Of a stretch of DNA of 64,000 nucleotides, positions 1-11,676 are shown piece by piece (positions within the stretch are counted from its first letter, which is position 1; each line of letters opens with the position of its first letter). The position numbers were made by a program, and so were the translations under genes. The stretch lies in NCBI GenBank assembly GCA_037447605.1, contig CM074811.1:62001-126000 (forward strand), in the 5' to 3' direction. The notes beneath the pieces are model-generated. The model saw only the letters and a list, made by a program, of their open reading frames with translations. It did not search any database and was not told the DNA's origin. Origin of the DNA: Zygnema circumcarinatum SAG 698-1b (taxonomy: Eukaryota > Plantae > Zygnematophyceae).

Positions 1-360
1 CTGAGCAGCAAGTGGAGTTCACGCATAAAATCTGAAACGTAGGGCAATGGTTTACACGATCGTTTGTTGCGCCCTTTACTTTTTTTCTATATCTTGAATT
101 TTAGAATGGGAGATGTTCTGCGCGAATTCACGACGAGAGCGTTATCAGATATCCTGTCTACGAGTGTAGTCAGGGCTTCCAACACGAAACAATGTTGAAG
201 CAGTTCAGTCCTGTTAAAGAGGAAGTGACATGCAAGCAGCATGTTTAAGCAGCCTTGACACAAAAGGTTGTGCTGCAACTGAAAGATGACATTTCTTCTT
301 TTCCTTTTATATTGTAAAAAGGAGGAACTACAATTTTGCTGCCTGGACTGTAAGTGCAAC

Positions 361-3300
361 TTACTGTCGCACAAATCCGTCAAAAGTGAGAGCCATCTTT
401 TGGGCCACAGCTCGCAGCATTGTTTTGGAATAGACCCTCTTCTCCACCTTCTGCTTGCTGTGCAACCTCCTCCCGTCCTTCTTGCGCCGGCTGTCAGAAT
501 CAAATGGAATCATAAGGTCGCCGTCATCAGTTGGTTGCGACTCGTCCATCCGATTGGTCGCCTTAGCCTTCAAGTCTTCGGTGAACTGTACGGACTGAGC
601 AGCGCCATTCACTGCGCCCTTTGCTCCTTTGGTGGAGCGTTGGATCTCATGCCGCCACGTAGCCTCTGGCACGTCACTGTCAGAACGAGCCTCTTCCATC
701 CCACTTTCCTTCGTCGCAGCCAACTCGGACGAAGTTCCTTCGTCTTGAAATCCTCTCAACTCGGCTCCAAGTTTGGTCTGGCTGTCGTCCTCATTCGCGT
801 CGGCCTCCCTCCACCGCTTATTTTGAACTTCCGGGACTGACTCTTCCCAAACTTGCCTTGCCAAGTGGTCCGGAAGCTTTTCATGAAACTGATCTGCCTC
901 TGCTTTCCTGGACTTTTTGGGCATTTCTTCAACAGAACCTTCGATGTTGAGCCGTTCCACATGACTATCTGAAGACTTCTTGTTTGCCTCCTCCTTGCCT
1001 GTATCCGTTGCTTCAGCTGCTTCCAAGTCCCTCTTCTGGTCTTCATCTCGAGCCTTCAACCGGCGGGAAGGCACACGCTTTGGCCCTTTTGAAGCAACTG
1101 TTCGCTTGCTGCCATCAGCGTCTGCTGCCGCCGCATAAACGATTGAGATCTCCCTGCCGAGCACTTCACTGAAGGCTCGCCTGAAACTCTTTTCCGTTTG
1201 GGGTTTCTGGGCTCCGGCCAAACAGCCAGATGGGAACTCCAAAGTCACTGCAGAAACCAGTTCCCCGGGCGGAAGGCACACAAATTAACCCTCTGACTTG
1301 CTTTGACTCGACTGACGCCAACAATGCCAACTATCATTCTATGAAAGACGTCTCGCTTCCTCGAACTCGGCCAAGAGCTCCAGGACAAAACCAAAAGCAA
1401 CAATCACGAACAACTGGATAGAAGCTGGACGATTCCATTTGCAAGAAATTAAGCTATAACATAACGGAACTATAAATTACACACTGTGCCCAAGTCAATG
1501 ATACAAAAGTATAAAAATGTCCGATAGAAGATTCCAGAGTTGCAGCATGATCGAAAACAACTCTCAAATAGGATGAGGGAAGTTCAAAACCTTCTGTTTC
1601 AGATATCGAAATCAGATGACCTTTTCCGTTGAGCAGCGACTTGTGACTCTTTGTCTGAATATGCTCTTCTGCTCGAGCCTTCACTTCCCGCAAACTTACT
1701 GGCCCTTCCGCCCCCTCCACGCCATCGGCCTCATCCTCGTCTTCAATGCCCTCATCTGCAACACCCGCTTTGCCACCAGTGTGCAGAACAACAGGTCGGT
1801 CACCAACCTCCCGAGCCTCAGCAACATCACCATGTCTTTCGTCCATCTGCTGTTTTGAGGATCGAGATTCGTCCACATGAGTGGGGTCACCTGTGGGGGA
1901 TCCCTCAACCCCTTCGCCTAATTCGGCCAGTTCAGCGACTACATTGCCTGCAGCCACCACCTCCACTGACACGCCTAATTCATCGTCCTTGACATCCTCT
2001 TCGTTCGCCCTGCTCTCCACTGTCTTCCCTCCCGTAACTTGTTCACCCACTGTTCCAGAAGAAGTTGAAATATCCAGCATCTCGCGCTGTGTTTCTTCAA
2101 TAGACAAATTGCCCGCCTCCATTTCTGCTCGGGCTGATTCGAACTCAGAGGCAAATGCCGGTTGATCGGACACATCTTGTTCTGGCACATCTGCTAAACG
2201 CTTGTGAGGCTGCAAGCCATCTGCTAGTAGAGTCCCGGTCGCAGTAGCTGACAACGATTGAAATGGAGAATGCATTTGTAGCACAGGCTGAACGGGAACA
2301 AAATGGATAGGGAATTGCAGCAGAGTACATTTGAGCCACAAATGAGCATATGGGGCTTGTCGCATCTGCAACTCGGCAGTCTGCAGAGAGCACAGCACCC
2401 GCGCCAGGTATGCTCTGCCGTTTAGAGTGCCTGTTGACAATTCAGGGCCAGGCAAAAGCACAGCTAAGGCAAAAGCTTAGCCTTCGGTTTCAGATTAGTT
2501 CTGAGAGCCGCTCGCAAGTGATGAGTAAATTTCGAGACTAATGAAGCACGCTATGATATTCGAGAAGCTCATACTTTCGGTACAGCAAATCCAACTGAGC
2601 TGGCCTGCTTTTTGTGCTAAAGACGCCCTCCCCAAAGCAAACAGCTGACTGGTAAGTTTTTATTTGTTTAGCAGAGAAATAGCCTGCCTCACACGCCCGA
2701 ACGAATTACCAGAGGATAAGAACAATTTCTCACCTGCCAGGCTATATAGTTCGTTGAGGGCCTCCTCATCAGTGGACCGCCGCATGCGATGCTGCGGACG
2801 AGGGTCTCCGCACATAATCTCTGTGATGAGCTGCACGAGGCTCACTAGGACTTGCCAAGGCTCTGAGCGCAGGAGCACAGTGTGCAGGTGCCGGCTCATT
2901 TGTTCTTGTTCCCCAATTTGCAATGCACTCAGAAGGAGGGACACTATTTGCCCCACAGGCGCGCCATCGAACTGCAGGACTGATAGACTTTGTCAGCAGA
3001 AAGACATGAGATTTGCCGGGCAGATGAAACTAGCAGCAGTTGGGCGTGTCAACCTTTGCCATTGCGTTCTGGGGTTTATTTCGAAAACAGTTTCGCGCTT
3101 ACTGCTTGTATCGCAGGAATGCATGTACTGTTTTTGAAATCTACTTGTTTGAAAATCGCAAAGGTTGACATGTCCTACTAACTGCAATGTGAAATTGCTC
3201 CGTTTGCATACTATTTACGTCAATCTTAGAACAGCCTAGCATAAATTTCATCAACAGGGAACCTTAACTAGCCAGCGTGCTATTACAGTGCGTCTATAAA

Positions 3301-4579
3301 ACACGAACAGCTGCCAGATTTGCCCAATGGCGGTGTGATTACGCATGCACTCGAGACCAGCTTCATCAAAATATCTGAGAGTTTGGCAGATAAAGAAGCT
3401 ACTCTCACATCCAGGCGGCACGAACAACGCACTCACCCGATCCTCCACCATCTTCACTGTCACCTTTTCACCCAGAGAAGCCATACTCCCCAGCATGACC
3501 AGTGCATCCCGTAATGAACCTTGGGACAACTCCGCTAGGAGTTGCACCGCTGCTTCGTCCACCACAATCTTCTCCTTTTCTGCTATTTTCGCGATCGCCG
3601 ACTGAATCTCCTTCTCAGATATTTTCCCAAACTTGTGATGATCACAACGAGACACTACAGCATCTAACAATTTATGTGGGTCGGTGGTGACGAGAATGAA
3701 GACCACATTGGACGGAGGCTCCTCCAACGTCTTTAAGAGAGCACTGCCTGCCTCTTTACTCAGCATGTGACATTCGTCAATAATGTAGACCTTGTAGCGC
3801 GAACTTTGAGGGGCATAACGCACACCCTCCAATAAGGCCCGAATGCTCTCCACCCCGCTATTGCTGGCAGCGTCAATCTCCCTGACATCGGTATTGCTTC
3901 CTCTCCCAGTGCTTCTACAGCTGCGACAGACTCCGCAGGGATTACCATTTCGCAGCTTCTCACAATTCACCGCTGCAGCAAAAACACGTGCTGCAGACGT
4001 TTTCCCGGCACCCCTTGAGCCAGAAAACAGATAAGCAGGCAGTATGGACCCTTTCTTGGCATGGGACTTCAAGAATTTTGCGGGACTGCGTTGCCCGATC
4101 AATTCATCAAAATTTTTAGGGCGATATGTTTGCTCCAGATTTCTCTCACTTAGAGAACTCTCATAAGTGCCGTCTGCAAGCCCGATACTAGCGTACGCTT
4201 GAAAGGAGTCTGATGCTTTTGGATGTTGTACATCAAGACATCTGATTGTAGCTGCAGAAAAATTTCTACTGCTATTTTCGTAACCGTTGTCCCTGTAACC
4301 TTCAGATGTGCAGCGAAGCAGCTCTGACGGAACTTGGAGTCCACGACCATACAACGAGGTCCTAAACCATCTCCCAGAAGCATGCAGTCGTAAAGCAGCA
4401 GATATATTTCTCAAATGACATACGCAATTTCCCTCTGTAGATAGCCTTAGCTCGCCTTCCAATTGTCGCCCAAGGTGGCCAGCGGTCCTTTGCTGAACCA
4501 AGCGAGTCTCTGAAGTTGAACGCCTTCGCTCAGAAAGCGCAAACTTCAATACATCCGCAGCTGTGGCGACTAAAGCCAT
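361..4579 (-). CDS. STI: STICHEL-like / DNA polymerase III gamma-tau (DnaX)-family AAA+ protein, multi-exon
   Basis: Exon 3437-4579 encodes LEQTYRPKNFDELIGQ, Walker A GSRGAGKT, Zn module C..PCGVCRSC, EIDAAS, Walker B IIDECH, ALLKTLEEPP, SRC and GSLRDA, ending at donor GTGAGT (3436). The next exon starts at 2971 (FDGAPVGQIVSLLLSALQ). Downstream frames give KSLLNGKGHLISISETEG and EKSFRRAFSEVLGREISIV, matching the plant STICHEL C-terminal block. Stop TAA at 361-363. Internal exon limits between ~2730 and ~1280 are not resolved. Confidence 0.85.
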
Positions 4580-4954
4580 TTCTCCTTTAGAAACACGGTT
4601 CAGACAAAAGCCACCTTGCCGGTCAAGAAACTTGTAGCTGCTTTAAACAGGTTCCGGGTTGGTCGCAAAGAGGATAACAAAAACCATCGCAACGGGAATT
4701 GACAAGGCTACTGTCTCAGAAGAGCGTATCACTGGTAATTCTTTGTCTCTCTCTATGACTGATCGCCTGAGCTCAAACCGCCATAGCCGCGACAGCGCCC
4801 CCTTCCCTCCGTGCGCAGCGGGTCGGACGATGGGACGCCTTGTAGCCCTAAATCCGAACCCATACCGAATGAGTGTATCGATACGATATACCGCAGCATG
4901 CCGATACGGTGTTGCGGCGGCGGGGACGGAGGGGAGAGCGGCTGGCCTGCGGTG

Positions 4955-5019
4955 GCCAACGGTTTGCACCCACTGGAACGGCTTGCAACCGTTGGGAGCC
5001 AATGGCTGCAACCGTTGGC
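4955..5019 (-). promoter_or_regulatory. Cluster of four MSA-like (AACGG) elements upstream of the STICHEL-like gene
   Basis: AACGG cores at 4958-4962 and 4977-4981 (+), and at 4989-4993 and 5012-5016 (-). Three sit in a CCAACGGTT context, ~380-440 bp upstream of the ATG. Confidence 0.6.
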
Positions 5020-5751
5020 TGTGGTTGGCCAGTCTGGCAAGAAATGAGTGCAGCCAGTGCGCTGCGCCTCCTCGCGAGTGCGACCGCTATTGGTCGCGGG
5101 GCTCAGAGCGAGTTCGAACTTGCAGACCCGCATCGGAACAGAGACAGCCCACACAGGACTCAAGACAACATAGAACAGCTCGGGATTTTTTTTCCTCGGC
5201 GATCTTGCCGAGCCTGGGCGATTTTACGCTTGTTAAAAAGAATATCGAAAACGTAGAAATGAATGGCCGCCCGCAGGTCTTGTAGACAACACTAAATTAC
5301 AGCTATCCTAGACAAGATTAAAATTTGGTACTGGTACTTGTACAAAAAGACTGCCTGCCCTTCTGAGGACCCTGACACGAGCGCATCCAACTCAGTGGCC
5401 TCCATGCGCCGAATTTGAGTCTTGTTGCGCCTCCTCTTTGGCTCTCGGTACTAACGAAAACATGCGTCTGGTCAGCTCCGCCCTGCACACACCACCCCCC
5501 CTCCCGGCTCCAAAGTAAGCGGGTATGCAGCCAGCCAAGACCATCATCACTAGGTACTGAAAGTTGACCCCAGCACGCATCACCTCACCAATTCGCCTCC
5601 TCTCCCTTTTGGCTGAATGCCTTCTCCTTACCATCAGCATTGCCTGCCACTAGTCACAAAATGTGAACATGCACATGCAATTGCAGACCCGATTGGCTGA
5701 GGAGCGGATGAGTGAAACAAAACAAGGAAGTTTAGGGGGGGGGGGGCGCAC

Positions 5752-8700
5752 TGGCAGGCGAGGCGGACGGCCTCGCGGTCGAGGAGGCCGAGCAGCTTGC
5801 GGCCGCGGTCCTGCCAGCGCGCGCCGCCCCGCGCGACCACGGGGAGCTGCTCGAGCGCGCGGGGGGCCATGACGCGGCACGCCGCCTTCAGGGTCATGTC
5901 CGGGTAGCACACCGCCAGGGCCGCCCCCCCCTCCCCGCCCTCCGCCCCTCCTGCACACACCGAAGCAACCAGCATCTCCTGCACCTGCAGGGAGACGCTG
6001 AGATTCAGACATACACCAGGCCTGCTTCTCTGTGCCAGTTTACGGGTACCCATTCCGAATTGCAAACACGGGCAGAGTCAGACAGACAAGCAACAGAGGC
6101 AAAAATTACATATGTCCCAGAAGTTGGGAGTCACAGGATAGTTGCGACAACAAGGATTTACGAACAAGCATAGTTTCCATGCAACGTCCATCATTGGCGG
6201 GAAGTAAACAAAGTGCAATCACCTCTAAACTCGTTTCTCCAGACTGGGAAACAGCCATGGCGGCCCTCACTGCTTCCCGCTGCAGGTCTGTCAGCGTCAT
6301 TACGCCCTCCAGAAGATCATTCTCATCCACAATCAACGCACACGACTGACGCCCTTCCAGCATGGCTGCCACTGCCTCCTTCACAGTGGCGGTAGGCCGC
6401 ACTGTGACAAAGTTGCTGGCCATGGCTTTTGACACCTGCAACCAAACAACAAGATCGGATTAGATCTTCCGACACCTCCCCTTCCTTCAACTCTCTCCAG
6501 CTCCAGAAGTGCCATTTCAGCATGTGAAACGGGTCTCTGCCAGCCGCTGTACCTTGATGCTGTCCAGCAGCTGCTCATCCGACAGATTGTCGGGTCCGAG
6601 CAGGTCGCTCATGACCGCGAGCTCGATGTCGCTGCCCACCGCGTCGTGCCATGAGGCCCGCCCAGGGGCGGCCTGGCCCTGGCTCAGACTCAGGCCCAGA
6701 CTGCTGCCCGGCAGGCTCGGAAAGTGGCCGGGCAGCTTCGGGAGGGAGGACAGGCGCGGCACGGGGGGCTTTGACTTCCGATTCGCCACTGATGAGACCC
6801 AATAGGCGAGCCCTACGGCCCCCTGCACAGCCACAACTTCTAATGAGACAAGCCTCCATGACCAGGGAGGCATTTCCCCCAATAGGGGCTACCATATGAC
6901 CTCTGACTAAACTTAGCATAAGGGCTGGGAGGCAAAAGAAAACGGCCTTAAAAAAGAGCTTCCTTTCATGGTGGTGCTGCCTGCAAAGCATGACGGCACA
7001 ATAGAACTTCCTATAACTCTCGTGCGCTGCCATCCGGCCTCTGCAAGAATCGCACCATTCTATTGAATGATAGACTTGGTCGCTATTCTGCCAGAAGGAG
7101 AGGGAATCGTCGTCCTACCATGAGCGGCAACAAAATATGATAATCCTTGGTCAGCTCAAAAATGAGCATCACGGAGGTAAGCGGAACAGAACAAACAGAT
7201 GCCAGCATGGCTGCCATGCCAACCTGTACAACCAAAAGTATGCGGGGTAAGCTTTGTATAATCCCTTGCGCACTGGTATAAGAACAGATTTGCACTTGCA
7301 GGACCCACAATAGTGGAGAACAGAAGTCCAAGCTCATGCACGCCGCCATGACAGGGTGCCTCCGTGCAGCCACTGACCAGAGCGTAGGCCTGCGGCGCCG
7401 CGACCTCGGCCTTCCCGGGAATGGCGGCGTTGATGGCTGCGCCCGCCAGGGAGCCGTACACGGAGCCGACCGCCGAGCCAATGAAGAGCGAGGGCGCGTA
7501 GATGCCGCCCACAAGGCCGGAGCCGCGGCACAGCGCTGTGGCCACAATCTTGGCGGCGATGAGCTGTGTCATGAGCTTGGGCCCGGGGGCGGAGGCGCTC
7601 TCCCGCGAGTGCAGGATCTCGTTGACGTTGCTGAACCCCCAGTAGAGCACGCCCGGGTACTGCAGCGCGATGAACCCCACGCAGAGGCCGCCCAGCGCAG
7701 GGGTGACAGCGGGAGGAATCCCCATGCGATCCCGCAGGAAGTCAAAGAGCGCGGTTGACCACTTGATGAGACGCGTGAGGATGACAGAAATGACGCCGCA
7801 CACCATCCCGAGAAGTAGGTACAGTGGCAGCTCTGCCACGGCAGCAGAAGCAGAAGCAGCCCCACACAGCAGGACCCATGAGCACTCTTCATCGCCCGGC
7901 AGCCGGGATGTGAAGAGCCGTGGCTGCCATCTCGGCATCACCGGCCCCCAACATCACTGCACACATTGCCACTCGCACGCACCCAACGCGCTGTTTGTTC
8001 AAGCGCTCCCACGTCAAGCAGGCCGTTACACCAGAAATGCATTTGACTTCGGACCATTCGCAGAAAAGAAACAGGTCAACACCTAGATCACACAACAGAA
8101 ACAGAGTTCCAGTAAGCCAAACAGCAAAACCCAAAGCGCATTTGAGTGAAAGCAAAGTCTACCTGCGGCAGATTTGAGCTCATACTCTGGTACGGTAAAC
8201 GCTGGTTCCTCTCCCAACACCACATTTGACACAGTTGAAGACAGCACAGAAGCCAGAATGATCATTGCTGTCGTCAACGGAGGAGCGTTTTCTGAAGATA
8301 CTGCTTGAAGAACTGTCTCAATTGCAAAGAAGCAGCCAGCGACAGCAGCGTTGAAACCTGGATCAAACGCAGCAAAGGGTCACTCAGCAAGGGCTCCAAA
8401 AGAATCGAGTTTCAGACGGCTGCAGATGCTCAAACGAAGACGCCATATGTAGATGTTCCAAAGGTACATGGTCATGGTTACATCTCTAGGTATGTGCCAC
8501 TACTAAACCATTTGCAGTTTCCACTCGAATGCACGAAATTAGGAAAACAGCATGTGAGGCATCAATGCTGCAACTGATACGAGAATGCAATTGACAATGA
8601 TGCTCCACATCCACGGTAACAGGCTGGCATGGTAACAGGCTTGGTGGACTGACCAAGCAGGAAGCAGCCAGAGTAGGGAATGTTGCATGGAAAGCGGGGA

Positions 8701-10298
8701 CTTTGCAATGTATGTATACCCAAAAACCCTGGCACATAGTACCTTACTAGTGTAGGAGAGTTCAAAAACCTAAATAAGACTCTACATGACCCGAGCCAGC
8801 TAAACGATTTATTGAGTTATCGGATAGAAATGCCAGCTGTGCCTCGCTTTACAAACCAGCATGAAAGCGGACAGCAAGGGAAATCATTCGAAGTGCTTCC
8901 ATAAACGTCTCGTTGCCCCTAGAATGGTATCAGGGTGTTTTACCCTGACGGAAGTTGCCAGTTCTAGTGACGTTTTTTACCACATTTCGTACTTTCCGTT
9001 GAGCATACATGACAGCATGTTCTCTACAGCTGCAGTGTGAGCTCAAAACTTATGAAACACTGGATAACCTCGCCGACACATGATCTAACAGTGCAGATGG
9101 GACACTTACATTGACACTTCAGCTTGCCAATTCAACTTGTACTTTACTGTACTTATCACTAGCCCTCCTTGTTAATCGCACCTTGCTATTCCACTTCCCA
9201 CCTTGAGCGACTGCAACCAAGATTAAAGAACAAGCAGTACTATAATCTGTTGTGCCAAGTAGTATCGGAACACACCTGATGCTATGCCGGCAGCCGCTCC
9301 AGCCGCAACAAGGGCAGTCTTGCGCTCCTTGGTGTTTTTCAAAATCTCTGCCATGCCATCTGCCCAGCCTTTCCCAATGTCCACACTCGGCCCCTCTGGG
9401 CCCAGCGATGATCCTGTCCCAAGTGTGACTGCCGCCTGCACTGCCTTGATGACTGGTCTTGAAGCTGCCGCCCAATCTATGCGGTTACGAAACTGGCTTG
9501 GAGTGGCAACAGTTTGACTCTGCTCTATTATTCCTGACAGTGCGTGCAACATGCCGACGACCACTCCTCCCAGCACCGGGATGAGCATAATTCGATGCCA
9601 TGTAGTAGCTAGGGGTTGAACTCTGAGCCATGCAGCACCTTCTGCAGGTGTGCCTGCCCAGGCCAAGTTATGTATGCCATGGACCTGAGGAATAGAAAGG
9701 TCAAGGGAATTTGGGATCAGGAAGTCTTCGCTCTTTCACTGACCTCCGTTTAATCAAAACAGCTCCATCCCGCTCCCGATCGTTCTTTTGGTCTAGATGC
9801 GCTAAAAAGCAAGAAAGGCACAAGCATCGACAAGAAAATGAAGGGGAGAATGGTAGCAACTGATTTAATGAAGAATGTGCTATATCGTCTATCACGGACT
9901 AAACGTTGCTCCTGAGATCCTTAATTTACTCTCCTGGAAGGTGAGAAAATGCCCTCTAAAACTAATGATAGAAAATAACCCATCTGAGATGCAACATTCA
10001 ATGTATGCGACAATATCGAACAGCATGAGAACGCCCCTTTTCAGCGAAGGGGATGCCTCCGTACCGTTAAGTTGAAGAGCACCACACTGGCGCCAGTAGC
10101 GAGTCCCAAGGCGCAGCCAAGGAGCAGAACTGCCCATTCCGGCGGCATGCGCTCAGAGAGGGAGATGGTTTTGGGCACGGCGGCTCCGAGGGCTGGATTG
10201 GAGGGCTCCCGCTTCTCCTCCGGCGCCTCCACATCCGACAACTCGCCGTCGGAGCCGGCTCCATTGCGGAGCAGAGGGCGGTAATCACTGGAGGCCAT
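5752..10298 (-). CDS. CLC-f: CLC-f-type chloride channel/transporter with C-terminal CBS domains
   Basis: Exons with GT-AG borders: 10065-10298, 9276-9684, 8163-8357, 7378-7832, 7119-7223, 6553-6822, 6223-6435, 5752-5984; the last small exon (~5590-5660) is unresolved. Motifs PPEWAVLLLGC, GTGSSLGPEGPSVDIG, FNAAVAGCFFAIETVL, GGIYAPSLFIG, SVPLTSVMLIFELTKDY and two CBS repeats are collinear with plant CLC-f. Confidence 0.93.
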
Positions 10299-10915
10299 CC
10301 TACTCTCGCCGCTGCCCGGGGGGCCTGCGATCCGCGGGGAGCCCAGCCCCCGGGATCTCCCGAGCAGCCCCAGCCCCAGCCTCAGGGAGCTGAAGGAGGG
10401 TACCTAGCGCCCGGCCTCTCTCCAGGCAGGCAGATAGGCAGGTAGGCAGGCAGGCAGACAGGGAGGCCTCCGTCCAGAAGCGGGCGGAGCGAGCGGCGAA
10501 GAACGACCGCTTCGGGCGCGGCGACGAGCGGGGCGGAGGCGTGGCAGCAGCGGCAGTAGGAGCAGGTCCGCAGGAGCAGAAGGAGGGCTCCGCGGCCGCG
10601 TCCGCCGGCGAGGCGAGGCGAGGCGGGCCCGCTAGGGCCGCTACGGACCGGGACTCACGGGGGCCGTACGGTGCGCCGCCGGCCAGCTCAGCTCGCCGGA
10701 GGGAGGGAGGGAGGGGGCGAGGTGGCGCAGGTCGGGCCATCGGCTGGATCAGCCATTGGCGTGGCAAAGTGGCTGCCAGGGATGCTGCTTCCAAACATTA
10801 CTTGTCGACACTCGTGGCCAGCCTTTGCCAATGAGCTAAACCACTGACTACCTGTTAGGGATGGCCCGCGTTATAAAGTCCGATTACATTATATACTTTA
10901 CAACGGGTTTAAAAG

Positions 10916-11374
10916 GGATAAAACTTTCATTGAACTCGCGATGGCGAGGCCATCAAATGTACATGGACAAAGGCAAAATGTGGAACCACGAAGGACTGGT
11001 CACAAAGGACCGAAACACAATAAAACGAAGCTAGGAGCGGAAAACTACGCCTAGGCACAACAACGCAGCCCTAGAAGCAGCCGCGAAGGTCACCGATGTG
11101 AGGCACGTCGCGAGGAGGGAGCGGCGGAAGTCCACCGACACGATCACCAACAATCGCAGCACGCCGAAGAAGCGTAGAAGCGAGGCAACGCTGAAGGGCG
11201 ACGGAAATACGCTGTCGATAAAAGGTAGCCAAGATCGCCGGAGGAGGGCTTCCGGGGCCGTGCATCTCGAAGGAACGATGGGCGCACTGGCGAAGGAAGG
11301 TATCCAAACGGGTGTCGAGGCAGCCAAAAATCTCAATAGCCATAGGAACAAACTCGTCGGCTGCATCCCGGTGA
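10916..11374 (-). mobile_element. 5'-truncated RLE-endonuclease non-LTR retroposon (CRE/NeSL-like) inserted in the hAT MITE
   Basis: Encodes DEFVPMAIEIFGCL...FYRQRISVALQRCLA, a restriction-like endonuclease C-terminal signature. Flanked by a 9-bp TSD GTTTAAAAG (10907-10915 and 11375-11383). The uninterrupted MITE sequence is visible at 23080-23170. Confidence 0.75.
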
Positions 11375-11676
11375 GTTTAAAAGTAGTAATATAGTACAAA
11401 GTAAAACACTTTATTACATATATTATACCCACTCGTTTTGAACAATTAACGACCGTACGACCGTACGAGTACGGTCGTACCATACCAAAATTAGGTCGTT
11501 TTGGCGTTGGCGTTGCGAAATGCGTAGTCGTAATTAGGGATGGCTTAATTACGACTATATAATCTATATTATATTATATAACTGTGACGACTAAATAACG
11601 GCTGTTATATAATATTTTACAACGCCTTTACAACATGTACGGTCGTACGGTCGCACGACTGTACGGTATTATGCGG

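Noticed and set aside
87-290. Possible last exon of a convergent + strand gene
   Set aside because: An acceptor-like TTTTAG is present, but no frame gives a recognisable protein.
4580-4592. AAAGGAGAA directly before the STICHEL-like ATG looks like a Shine-Dalgarno site
   Set aside because: Only 2 nt of spacing, and the gene has spliceosomal introns. It is more likely a splice acceptor or chance.
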